The notes beneath the pieces were generated by a model. The model was not told the DNA's origin, made no database searches, and saw only the letters and a program-made list of their open reading frames with translations. Position numbers and translations under genes: made by a program. Below are positions 13,870 through 25,315 of a stretch of 64,000 nucleotides of DNA, one piece after another (positions within the stretch are counted from its first letter, which is position 1; each line of letters begins with the position of its first letter). Source of the DNA: Octopus vulgaris. Taxonomy: Eukaryota. The stretch lies in assembly GCA_951406725.2 (NCBI GenBank), contig OX597836.1, forward strand, positions 4,774,001 to 4,838,000, written 5' to 3'.

Positions 13870-14085
13870 GCAAATCACGGCTTCACAGTATCGATCAGAC
13901 ATCGCTGGTCACAGTGCGCTTCGCATTGTTTAAGTTTTTCGAATGATGCCATCCCGCTGGCTGTGGGAGTCTGGCCAACATTCCACCCCGATCGGATGAC
14001 GAGTCCGTAGGGAGTCCTGTTCACACACTGAGTGGACTGGACTCACATGAAATGAAGTATTTTGCTCACGAACATAACACAACAC
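13870..14085 (-). mobile_element. SINE with B/E-type central domain and a distinct tail
   Basis: Reverse complement of GAGCAAAATACTTCATTTCATGTGAGTCCAGTCCACTCAG matches the central domain of 44415-44679; the downstream tail is unrelated. Confidence 0.55.
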
Positions 14086-14089
14086 ACAG

Positions 14090-14375
14090 TTTGGCGAACC
14101 GCTAAGTTACGGGGATGTAAACACGCTAACATCGGTAGTCAAGAAATGCTTGGGGGACAAACACAGACGTGCAAATACATACATGTATATATATCTATAT
14201 AAATACGTACACACACACGATGTGCTTCTTTTAGTTTCTGCCTGCCAAAACCACTCACAAGGATTTGGTCGGCCCAGGTCTATAGTAAAAGACACTTGCC
14301 CAAGATGCCATGCGGTGTCAACCAGGAACCATCTGATTGGTATGCAAGCTACATACCTCCTACAGCTTCTCCTGT
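14090..14375 (-). mobile_element. SINE family C, partial
   Basis: GAACCGCTAAGTTACGGGGATGTAAAC and AAGACACTTGCCCAAGATGCCA motifs. Confidence 0.7.
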
Positions 14376-14380
14376 GCCTG

Positions 14381-14463
<83 letters not shown>

Positions 14464-14471
14464 ATATATAT

Positions 14472-14660
14472 AATTAAATAAGGGTAGAAGTTGATCTTAA
14501 TCAATTATAACCAGTGGTCTAGCAAATTTTTTTTTTAAATCCGAAGATTAAAAATGTTTTACATACAAGATTTAGAGGACTAAATTAGAGGATATTGACG
14601 ACTATATCTAGCATACAGGCTATCTACTTTTAGTGGTCAGTCCTCTAAATTTTGTATATA
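14472..14660. mobile_element. Insert between (CTAT)n/(TA)n tracts with an internal inversion (Penelope-like fragment?)
   Basis: TACAAGATTTAGAGGACT (about 14564-14581) is inverted at about 14639-14656 (17/18). Confidence 0.45.
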
Positions 14661-15134
14661 TATAAATATAAACATACATGCAAACATACACACATTTGCC
14701 CGCACACGCATACGCAGACACACGCACGTGCACACACAACTGTGAAGATAGGGATATATACACGAAGTTGTGCCGCGATATCGGTGAATTTAATGGTGAC
14801 TATTATAAGGAAATCCGTTTCACGTATCGTCTGGGGGATGGTGACGGCGTTGGTTTGGTGGTGGTAGTGGTGATGGTGGTGGTGGTGGTGGTGGTGGTGG
14901 CGCTGATGGTCGCCGCCGTCGTTGTGGAAGGTTTGGCGAAGTTGTACGTTGGCTGTAGCAATGCTGGCGGCGGTGGCTGTGGCGGCGCTGACGCTGTAGT
15001 TTGGTGTTGGTGTTGCCCATGAGGGCTTTCTGGCTGCAGTGATGCTGGTGATGAAGATGGGGTGGGTGGGGCTGAGGTGGCGGTAGCGATCTGTTGACAT
15101 TTCAACCTTAACATTCCTCTATTATCAGTTATCG

Positions 15135-15305
15135 TTTTACTCGTTTTATCTCAGCAGACTGCGGCCATGCTGGGGCACCGCCTTGAAGAATTTTCAATCG
15201 AAAGGGTCGACCCCACCCGCCACAACTCATTTGCTTTGATTTTCTTTGTTTTTGTTTTTAAAACCTGCTACTTATTCTATTGGGTATTTACCCGAACTGC
15301 CAAGT
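15135..15305 (-). mobile_element. SINE family C 3' fragment
   Basis: GACTGCGGCCATGCTGGGGCACCGCC reverse-complement tail. Confidence 0.65.
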
Positions 15306-15609
15306 CACCAGAGCTGGTGGTTACACACATCTCCTATGTCACTACCAAAATCCACTACCACCACCATTTTCCTCACTGCTACCGCTACCACCAACACAAC
15401 CAACAATAGCAACAACAACAATAACAACACATCCTACAACAAACCAACGCAGAGACCTGTACGTTATCTCTACTTGTGCTAGAACTAGCAGCCAAATCAC
15501 TCTTAACTCTGAACCTCGAATAATCCTATCAGGTGGTGCTATTAAGTTAGACATGGCCTGGACCAATCTTTGGTCGAAACATATCTAAGTTTAGCCTGAA
15601 TTTTGTTTC

Positions 15610-15672
<63 letters not shown>

Positions 15673-15679
15673 TTTCTAC

Positions 15680-16085
15680 GTTCGGCACAAGGTCTGAATA
15701 ATAATACATCGACCACAGTGTATCACTGGTACTTAATTTATCGGCGAGCTGGCAGAAACGTTAGCGTGCCGGGCGAAATGCTTAGCGGTATTTCGGCTGG
15801 CGCAACGTTGTGAGTTCAAATTCCGCCGAGGTCGACTTTGCCTTTCATCCTTTCGGGGTCGATAAATTAAGTACCAGTTACGCACTGGGGTCGATGTAAT
15901 CGACTTAATACCTATGTCTGTCCTTGTTTGTCCCCTCTGTGTTTAGCCCCTTGTGGGTAATAAAGAAATAGGTACTTAATTTATCGACCCCGAAAAGGAT
16001 GAACGGCAAAGTCGACCTTAGGGGAATTTGAGCTCTGTACGTGATGACGGACGACATGCTTCTAAGCAATTTTGTCCGGGATTTT
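15680..16085 (-). mobile_element. Older SINE family D copy interrupted by the 15743-15970 insertion
   Basis: CTGGTACTTAATTTATC|GACCCCGAAAAGGATGAACGGCAAAGTCGACC is the reverse complement of the family D core, split by the insertion. Confidence 0.75.
15743..15970 (+). mobile_element. SINE family D (Nin/Deu-type core), young copy with 15-bp TSD
   Basis: GGCGAGCTGGCAGAAACGTTAG...GAGTTCAAATTCC (B-box-like)...GCCTTTCATCCTTTCGGGGTCGATAAATTAAGTACCAG. TSD GGTACTTAATTTATC at 15728-15742 and 15971-15985. Confidence 0.9.
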
Positions 16086-16257
16086 GCCCCAAGGATTATA
16101 CCGGCTCATCGACTTCAAGAAAACAACAATACACAGGGTGAAGCAGTCGCTGGCTTCTCGGTACATAGGAATCGGACAGAATGGGCATGGCTAGAGTGTC
16201 TTATTTGGTTCAAATGTTTCACGTGAACATGACTGATTAAAAGAAAAAGGGGGTCGT

Positions 16258-16298
<41 letters not shown>

Positions 16299-16872
16299 TT
16301 ACTAGCGTCCTGTTGTTCCCAGGGAAGGGGTGTGAAATGTCTTGTTGGTAGTGTCTGTATCGGAAGTGAACCTTTTCGCGATTTCTGAGGGCGTCCAGAC
16401 AAGGAATTCTTACCGCCTTTCTCACTGCATTCCCTTTCGGATTTAGATGACCCCTTCCCGATCCCATTTCTTCTTCGATTTCCAGCCACCACCACCACCA
16501 CCACCACCACCACCACCACCACCACCACCACCACCACCACCACCACCACCACCCAATGGCACCACCCAATATTCTACGTTGCCCGACATTCAAAAATCCA
16601 CCACCGTTCCTTACTTCCCGGCAGATGGCACTACTGTCTGGCGCAGCTATTTGTTATTTAGTCACACTCACGCGTCTTGTTGTTGTTGTTGCTGTTGTGG
16701 TTTGATGGTGGTGGTGGTGGTGGTGGTGGTGGTGGTCATCTATCTCTTCTTCTGCTCTTTCTTCTTCTTCTTCTTCTTCTTCTTCTTCTTCTTCTTCTTC
16801 TTCTTCTCCTCCTTCGCTGTCGTCAGCGTCGTCATCATCATAATCATCATCACTAACGGCAACATTGTTGCC

Positions 16873-16928
16873 ATCTATCTGTCTATCTATCTCACAGTCT
16901 TTTTATCTATCTATCTATCTATCTATCC

Positions 16929-16994
<66 letters not shown>

Positions 16995-17047
16995 TATGTA
17001 TATATATATATCTATATATATATGTGCCTATCTGTCTATCTATCCAT

Positions 17048-17107
<60 letters not shown>

Positions 17108-17248
17108 CTATCTATCTGTCTATCTAACTGTGTATCTATCTATCTATGTACCTATATCTCTCCCTCCTCTCTCTCTCTCTCTATCTATCTCTCTATCTAT
17201 CTATCTAACTGAGCATCTATACATCTATCTACCTGTCTCTCTCTCTAT

Positions 17249-17282
<34 letters not shown>

Positions 17283-17460
17283 CTATCTATGTTTGTATGT
17301 GTGTGTGTGTGTCTGTGTGCGGACGCTCGTGCGTCCGAGGTTGTGTGAATGTATTTATGCATATGTGTACGCGCCTCACCACCCGTCCATCCATCCATCC
17401 ATCCATCCATCCATCCATCCATCCATCAATGTATCTACATGTCTGTCTGTCTGTCTGTCA
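16873..17460. repeat. (CTAT)n/(CT)n/(CCAT)n compound microsatellite
   Basis: Seen directly. Confidence 0.9.
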
Positions 17461-17554
17461 AGTCTCTCGCAGACTTGCACCAAAGGAATCCACGACTACT
17501 ACCGTCTGCTGCTGCGACGGCACCGCGTTCTGCTGGCTTTTAAACCGAAAGTCA

Positions 17555-17659
17555 CTCTCCCTCTCTCACTCTCTCTTACTATCTCCCTGACTCCCACCAC
17601 TCCCACTCTCACTACTAACTCTTACTCTTTCTCTCTCTTTCTCTCACTGCCATTTCTTA

Positions 17660-17698
<39 letters not shown>

Positions 17699-18325
17699 CT
17701 TACATCTCTGTCTAACTCCACCTCTCTCTCTCTCTCTCTAGTTACCATAACGACAAAAAGAAACAACAGCAGCAACAGTGTCAGCAGCAGCAGCAGCAGT
17801 AGCACCAGCAGCAGCAACAGCAGCAGCCGATACCGAGTCATCAGCAGCAGCCGACACTAGCAGGAGCAACAGCAGCCGCAGCAGCAGCAACAGCAGCGCT
17901 AACAACATAATACAAGACCGACATCAGCAGCAGCAGCAGCAGCTATCGTAGCAGCAGCAGCAGCAGCAGTCGTAGCAGCAGCAGCAGGAGCAGGAGCAGG
18001 CGCAGCAGCAGCAGCAGTAGCTGCTGCAATAGGCAGCTTGTGTGTCGGTGGCAGCTGCAAAACCACCAGAGTTGCCCTAAACAAAAAAACAACAACAAAA
18101 ACAAAAAGAGGAAGAAGAAAAGGAAGGAAAAAAAGAAAGAAAGAGTGAGAGAGAGAGAGAGAGAGGAAGAGAAAGAAGGAGGAAAATAAGAAGGAAAAAT
18201 AACAACAACAAAACAAGGCAAAAACATCGACGTAGATTTCTTCGTTGCGTTTTCGCTGTGTTTTTCTTCTTCTTCGAGCAACGTGGTTTTTTGGACAGCG
18301 TAGCAGATTGGTAAAAGGCGAGGCC

Positions 18326-18356
<31 letters not shown>

Positions 18357-18561
18357 AAGGAAAAGAAGGAGAAGAAGAAGGAGTGCTCACACGACGAAAA
18401 AGACGACCACCACTCACACAACCACTACCATCACTACTACGGATATCACCATTTCTGTTATTACTATCACAACCATCGCCGCGCGAACATAACACACGAC
18501 CAACCAGACAGACCAGCCAACAAGCCAAGAATCAACAGCATTATCGTAAACGTCTACCACC

Positions 18562-18598
<37 letters not shown>

Positions 18599-19140
18599 AT
18601 ACTACTACTAATACTACTACCACCACCACCACCACTACTACAACTAATACTACTACTAATACTACTACAGCGGGAACAACCCAGTTTAGGAAATGCTTTA
18701 GGAATAACTGTAACAACAACAACAACAACTTCAACAACAACAACAAGGAGAACAAGAAGAACAACAACAGCAACAGCAACTGCAGCGGAGGCGGAGGCGA
18801 GGGAGGTGCAGGTGGAGGCGGAGGTGGCGGCGGCGACGGCGGCGGTGACAGCAGCAGTTGTGTCGGCGGCAGCGGCGGCGGCGTCGGCGGCGGCGACGGC
18901 GGCGTTGGTGTCGTCGCCGTCGTCGAAGTCGGCAGTGAAAAAGGTGGGGGGGCGCATCGTTTATTAAACAAAATCAAACCACGAAATAACTAACACACAC
19001 GATCGACACCGAGAAGCGGGCGGAACGAAAACAACATCAAATGTTATCGACGACAACAACAACAATAGGAAGAAGAAGAAGAATATGAAGAATTAGAAGA
19101 AATATAAGAGAATACGCGGAGCACCGAGGACGGTGGCGCA
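17555..19140 (+). promoter_or_regulatory. Probable promoter/5' leader of the GT11 gene: CT tract, trinucleotide mosaic and CpG-dense patch
   Basis: CT-rich tract 17555-17740, then (CAG)n, (GAA)n, (CTA/CCA)n and (ACA)n, with a CpG-dense (GCG) patch at 18785-18960. No recognisable SINE lies between about 16.1 and 21.6 kb. Confidence 0.45.
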
Positions 19141-19505
19141 AAGGTTGTGGCCGTTTTAAGGAGGACGTTGTGCACAATTTAACTTTGTTTATTATTGTTA
19201 TTATTATTATTATTTATTTTTGCTCTACTGTTTACGAAGCCCTCGCTGAGAGTGTTACCCTGAGGAGAAAAGATTTTTAAAAAATAATTTGAAAAAAAAA
19301 AGAGGGGTCAAAACCCTGTGATTTGCATTCATCTGGTGGTTGGACTGGCAACGGATTTGGTTTTTTACTGTGGTGTGGTCTGACATGATATGATATGCTG
19401 TTCGGGGTATATATGGTGAAGGGTGGTGTGTTGGCCAGTTAGGGGGTCTGGCAGGGTAAAGTTTTTTAATTTTTTTTTTTTTTTTTTTTGAAAATCTCAC
19501 CCAAC

Positions 19506-20684
19506 ATGATCATAGCCACAACGCTGTCGGTGAAGAATTATTTTTGGTTTCTCGTGCTAGCCATCACTATCAATGTGGTTGGTCTGTTGATGGCTTATAT
19601 CTATGCAGTCTACGATGCTAAGACCTATCGAACGAAAAGTGCCTTTTTCAACGGTCACCCAGCCGCTGCCTCTGCTGCAGCCGTCGCCGCCTCTGCTGTC
19701 TATTCTGATGCTCCGGAGCCATCCCTTTTCGGAATATACAACCCGGCCGAAAAAATAGCCCAGGTAGTTCGTTCTGTGATGAACTTTCGCTCAGCCGGAT
19801 CATCATCATCGTCGTCCTCGTCGGGTGACGATAATACGGACGGCAGCGACAATTCGGACGACCTCTACGATTTCCGAAACGCCACATATAGGAACACTTA
19901 TGTGACAATCAACGGCCCCGGCCGCTTAGGCAACAAAATGTTCCAATACGCGGCCCTCTTGGCCGTTTCTCGTCATTACGGCTACAGACCTTTTGTGCCG
20001 TCAAACAACGTATTAACCGAAGTGTTTAAAGTCCGCCACGACACGTTGGTCGACATTAGCAACGATGATCGCTTCGGCGAACACAAACCGGGTGAGTTTG
20101 ATACAAGTTTGTTCGAGAAACTGTCTGCGGATAAAAACTGGACTTTAACAGGCTATTATCAATCTTGGAAATATTTTACAAACATAACGAAAATCGTTAA
20201 AAGGGAGTTTACATTTAGGGACGAAATACTTAAGGAAGCTTTCAAAGTGCTTAAAAAATTTGGACTTGGTAAAAAGACGTTAATTGGAGTACACATTCGG
20301 CGAGGCGATATGCTTGCGCAAAAGCTACGTGGTTACAACGTAGCGGACGAACATTATGTGAACAAAGCGTTGAATTTCTACCGCAAAACCGTACCTAGCC
20401 CTGTTTTTCTTATTAGCAGTGATGATATGAACTGGTCACGGAATTTCATACAAGAATCCTACGATGTGAACTTCGTGGGCGGAAATAGTCTCGGCGTGGA
20501 TTTAGCGATACTAGCTAACTGTCAGCACAGTGTGATCACATCCGGCTCGTACGGATGGTGGGCAGCGTGGCTAGCAGGTGGAGACACCGTATATTTCAGC
20601 AATTACCCGCGCCGAAACTCATGGTTGAGTTCGGTTTACAATAGAAACGATTATTACCCAGAATGGTGGATAGGCATGGAATGA
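19506..20684 (+). CDS. Galactoside alpha-1,2-fucosyltransferase (GT11; FUT1/FUT2-like), single coding exon, 392 aa
   Basis: First ATG at 19506 in context CCAACATGA. N-terminal TM helix (YFWFLVLAITINVVGLLMAYIYAVY) and Ala/Ser/Asp-rich stem. GT11 motifs GRLGNKMFQYA, GYYQSWKYF, GVHIRRGD, FLISSDDMNW, DLAILANCQHSVITSGSYGWWAAWL, and C-terminal DYYPEWW. Stop TGA at 20682-20684. Confidence 0.93.
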   Translation: MIIATTLSVKNYFWFLVLAITINVVGLLMAYIYAVYDAKTYRTKSAFFNGHPAAASAAAVAASAVYSDAPEPSLFGIYNPAEKIAQVVRSVMNFRSAGSSSSSSSSGDDNTDGSDNSDDLYDFRNATYRNTYVTINGPGRLGNKMFQYAALLAVSRHYGYRPFVPSNNVLTEVFKVRHDTLVDISNDDRFGEHKPGEFDTSLFEKLSADKNWTLTGYYQSWKYFTNITKIVKREFTFRDEILKEAFKVLKKFGLGKKTLIGVHIRRGDMLAQKLRGYNVADEHYVNKALNFYRKTVPSPVFLISSDDMNWSRNFIQESYDVNFVGGNSLGVDLAILANCQHSVITSGSYGWWAAWLAGGDTVYFSNYPRRNSWLSSVYNRNDYYPEWWIGME

Positions 20685-20862
20685 GGAAACGGTGGATAAC
20701 AACAAAATTTACATATATAAAAAAGTAAGATATATAAATATATATATACATGCATACATGCACATGCAGGCACCCATGACCATATTAAACACACATATGT
20801 CTGTAAATATACACGCATACATACATATACGTTTATACATACATATATCAATACACACCCAC

Positions 20863-20923
<61 letters not shown>

Positions 20924-21149
20924 CATGTACATGAACATACAGGTATAAATACGTTATACACACGCATGCAAAAGAGGGGCCACTTTTACAATATTTACAA
21001 TTCTCCCTACAGCTACTACTGCTACTACTACTACTACTACCACTATTACTACTTCTACTACTTGTTACTGGCCATTCTTATAGTAATAATTCTAATAATA
21101 ATGATAATAATAACGCCTAGCAGTTCACAATCAAATCTCTGTTTGCTTG

Positions 21150-21186
<37 letters not shown>

Positions 21187-21274
21187 ACCTACATACATAT
21201 ATGTGTTTTTGTGTGTGCGTGTGTGTGTGTATGTGAGTGTGTGTATACATATATAGATATATAGATCGCTAGAC

Positions 21275-21325
<51 letters not shown>

Positions 21326-21473
21326 TGTTCCTTCGTTCGCCTGTTATCCTGACTAATCCAACAGTTGGATGCAAAATTTCCTTATTCCCATCCCAAAATT
21401 CGTAATTCAAAAATCGTGGAAAACACCACATAAACAACATAAATATTAAAATAATTGTTCCTGTTAATACTCA

Positions 21474-21542
<69 letters not shown>

Positions 21543-21617
21543 GAAGAGTGTTGTTATCGTTATTACGGGCTGTGCGTGTATGCAGAATCAATCACACGTT
21601 GATATACCAAGATGCGC

Positions 21618-21673
<56 letters not shown>

Positions 21674-21677
21674 GTTA

Positions 21678-21950
21678 CGCTGGTGAGCTGGCAGACGGGT
21701 CGGATAAAAGGCATAGTAGCATTTTCTCCCGGTTATTTACGTTCTGTTATGAGTTCAAATAACGCCATCCATCCATTCGTTCGGTCGTTCGGGGTGGATA
21801 AATAAAGTACCAGTCAAACACTGGTGAGAGGTGGGGGGTCGGGGGTGGGGTGGGGAGGCGGTCAGTGCAATCGTCTCGAGCCCTCCCTCTCCCCCACCCA
21901 ACCGGTGCCCTTGTTTCCTCAGAATTTACTGGCCTGGTGCCAACATTTTC
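21678..21950 (+). mobile_element. SINE family D, degenerate
   Basis: GGTGAGCTGGCAGA head, TTCGGGGTGGATAAATAAAGTACCAG core, GGCCTGGTGCC tail. Confidence 0.65.
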
Positions 21951-22004
21951 TTTTTAAACAATAATTGTTAATAATAAGAAAATATTTGGCGAGTCATGCA
22001 AACG

Positions 22005-22067
<63 letters not shown>

Positions 22068-22174
22068 CACACACACACACACTCTCTCTCTCTCTCTCTC
22101 ACATATACACACACATCCTCACACTCTCTTACACTTACCACATAAACAATTGGCTCTCTGCCCCTGTAAGAATC

Positions 22175-22193
22175 ACTATCTTCATCATCGTCG

Positions 22194-22242
<49 letters not shown>

Positions 22243-22497
22243 CATCATCATCATCATCAACATCTTCTTCACCACCGTCCTTCTCATTCTGTTCTATATG
22301 ATTCAAATATCATCGTGAGTCGTCGTCATCATCATCATAATCATCACCATCACCATCATCACCATCGTCATCATCGTCATCATTGTCATCATCGCCGTCG
22401 TAGTCGTGGTCATCGCCATTATTATCATTTTCTTCATCACCACCTCTTCCACCTCGCTCTTCTCCGACTGCTGCTCCTTCACCTCTTCCTTCTTGTT

Positions 22498-22536
<39 letters not shown>

Positions 22537-22850
22537 GTTGTTATCATTTGTAGCAGTCCCCCCCCTCTCTCTCTCTCTCTCTCGCAATAATGACAACGAC
22601 TGCGCTGTGTCACTCTCGGAATACTGACACGGTTTCGATTTCCGGTTTCGTCGCCTCACATTGTTGGGAATCTCATCAAAGCTGAACACTCTCAATTCCA
22701 ACACAGTCTTACTCACCTCAACCCACTCCATTACCGCCCACCACTTCTTACTATGCGCATCTGGTTGCTTTTTAGGTTTGCTTGTTTGCCTATTTTTTTT
22801 TTTTAATCCCAAGCAAGCAATCACAGGCACCGTTTACTCATCATCGTCGC

Positions 22851-22883
<33 letters not shown>

Positions 22884-22920
22884 TACAGCAATCGTAAGTC
22901 ATCATCGTCATCGTCGCCGC
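22175..22920. repeat. (CAT)n-rich trinucleotide region
   Basis: Seen directly; source of the poly-His/poly-Asp pseudo-ORFs. Confidence 0.9.
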
Positions 22921-23013
22921 CGCCGCCGTGTTTGACTCCCCACCCTCACCCCTCGTCGACCTGATTGGCTTCGTCACCTTCGCCAACATCATTATCTTCT
23001 CTCTCTCTCTCTC

Positions 23014-23057
<44 letters not shown>

Positions 23058-23646
23058 GTCATCGTCATCTTCATTGTCAGCGTCGTTGTGACCTCATTAT
23101 CCTCTGGCAGATTCGATCGAGGGATGTTGACTAAATGCCTTGTTGTATTTGCTTGTATATCTTTCTTTCTTTCTTTCTTTCTTTCTCTCTATATTTCTTC
23201 ATTTCTTTCTTTCGTTCTTTCTGTCTTTCTTTCCCTCTTTCAAATACCGAGTTCAATTGTTGGCAAGGCAAACTCTGACCTTCGCCCTCCCTGGGGCTCA
23301 GGAGTCGATAAATAAAACGCTAGCCAAGTATTGGTACCGATTTAACCGACTAAAACATATCCCCCCACCACCACCCCTTTCTAATTTCAGGCCTTTTGCC
23401 CATATTACACACATAAACTCTAAAAACATCATTTCTTACACGCCATGGTTGTCGATTTTGAATAGAGTGTTTGTTGTTTTATCATTTCTTAATGATAACG
23501 ACGACGATGATGATGATGATGATGTTAATGATGATGATTGTGTTGGTGGTGGTGGTGGTGGTAGTGAGGGGGATGATGAGTTCGGAAATGATGGAAGTTG
23601 TGATGATGACGTGATGACGATAATGACGATAGTGATGATGATGATA

Positions 23647-23697
<51 letters not shown>

Positions 23698-23876
23698 TTG
23701 ATGATGATGAAAAGTAGAAAAAAAAGGGGGGTAGAAGAATGTTGTCTATGACCCCTTATTTATCTATTTATTTGCTTTTTGAAGGGGTTAAAAATTTAGG
23801 GGACAGCATTTCCATTTAATGCGTTTTTAATGATCGACAACATCACTCACTTGTCAAAACAGCAGCTCTCCCTCCC

Positions 23877-23915
<39 letters not shown>

Positions 23916-24059
23916 AATAGTAATTATAATAATTCAATCTGTTATTAGCCACGAGGGCTCGATAAAACAACACTACATGTCATGCGACAACATAAAAATT
24001 TTAAAAAAGGACGGTATAATGTGTTTTAGAGCGTGTAAACAATATATATTACAACAGCA

Positions 24060-24127
<68 letters not shown>

Positions 24128-24140
24128 TAATAATAATAAT

Positions 24141-24350
24141 AAGTGCATCAGTAACTACTATTCCTAAAAATTTGAACAGATGGATAGAGGAATTAGGTAT
24201 AAAACCTAGTTTAGAACAGTTCAGGAAATGGTATTATAGAAGCAGCTCTGGTACTTAAGGAAGGATTTTGGCCCTTAAGCTTAATTGTTGGAGCCCGGTG
24301 TTAGGAATCCTTCTCTCCGAACAGTCTAATCTGTTGTATGTAAATGAAAT
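24141..24350 (+). mobile_element. R4/Dong-type non-LTR retrotransposon, extreme 3' end, in (TAA)n
   Basis: SASVTTIPKNLNRWIEELGIKPSLEQFRK(fs)..AALVLRK resembles the RLE C-terminus (GALGTIPK...LQK.VLL.TA.ILRK); long (TAA)n upstream and a short TAA-like run downstream. Confidence 0.65.
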
Positions 24351-24739
24351 AATGATAATAATAGTTTAACAAATGTGTGTCACGGATTCTGATAGTCTGG
24401 AGTCAGGCGAAAATTCTTTCCGGTATTCGTCACAATAACTTCTAAATTCTCTGTTCAAAATCCTGTTAGCCTTTCAACTTTTTTCTTTTTTTCTTTTTTA
24501 TGTGGTTAAATATGACATTGATGATAAAATCATACTAAATGCTCCGTCGGCATCGACGATCATCGCTGTTAGAGACACGATAAACGAACATGAAAAGTCT
24601 CTGCTTGACACGTGTAGCGTTAATGTTAACCTCAGATAGAATGTCAGAGAAGTCGATATAGTAACGAGGCTAGCTCCACGAAATATAGACATCGCTTTGT
24701 ATATATTATTGTGCTACGTGTGTGTGTATGTGTGTACGC

Positions 24740-24783
<44 letters not shown>

Positions 24784-25129
24784 GAATATAGACACACGCA
24801 TATAAGTTTTTTTTTTACTTGAGGGGTAGCATTTGTGGTTGGTCTTTCACAGAGAACCGTGCTCTAAACATAGTTCTCAGTCCAAATTATTTTCACTCAA
24901 TACTGGACGTGTGAGGACCTTTGAATCACACAGAGTCCATTGATGGGTTTCACGCAGTTTCCACTTACCATATCTTATTCATGCTATAGCAAAAATAACA
25001 TAAATAGCCCGTATGTTACCCAGTAAGTTCAAACTCTAGGTAACAGAGTTGGAAAACAAAGCCACTTAACTTCTTTTACCAAATTCCTATCAACGAAAGA
25101 GAAACAAAATAATAATAATAACCCTTTCT

Positions 25130-25315
25130 TTTAAAGACATGAGGCACGAAATTGTTGAGCGGAAGGTAAGTCGATTACATCGACCCTAGTACGCAACTGG
25201 TACTTAATTTATCGACCCAAAACGATGAAAAGTAAAGTCGAACTTGGCGGAATTTGAACTCAGATCGTAGCGGCATTTCGTCTGGCGTGCTAACAATTCT
25301 GCCAGCTCGCCGCTT
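25130..25315 (-). mobile_element. SINE family D
   Basis: CTGGTACTTAATTTATCGACCC...GGCGGAATTTGAACTCAG...TTCTGCCAGCTCGCCGC. Confidence 0.8.

Noticed and set aside
18383-18967. 194-aa poly-Leu/Pro/Thr/Ala ORF as a gene
   Set aside because: Non-ATG start and made of trinucleotide repeats that are open in several frames on both strands.
19488-19505. ORF-track TTG start for the fucosyltransferase
   Set aside because: Eukaryotic context; the in-frame ATG at 19506 has A at -3 and precedes the TM helix.
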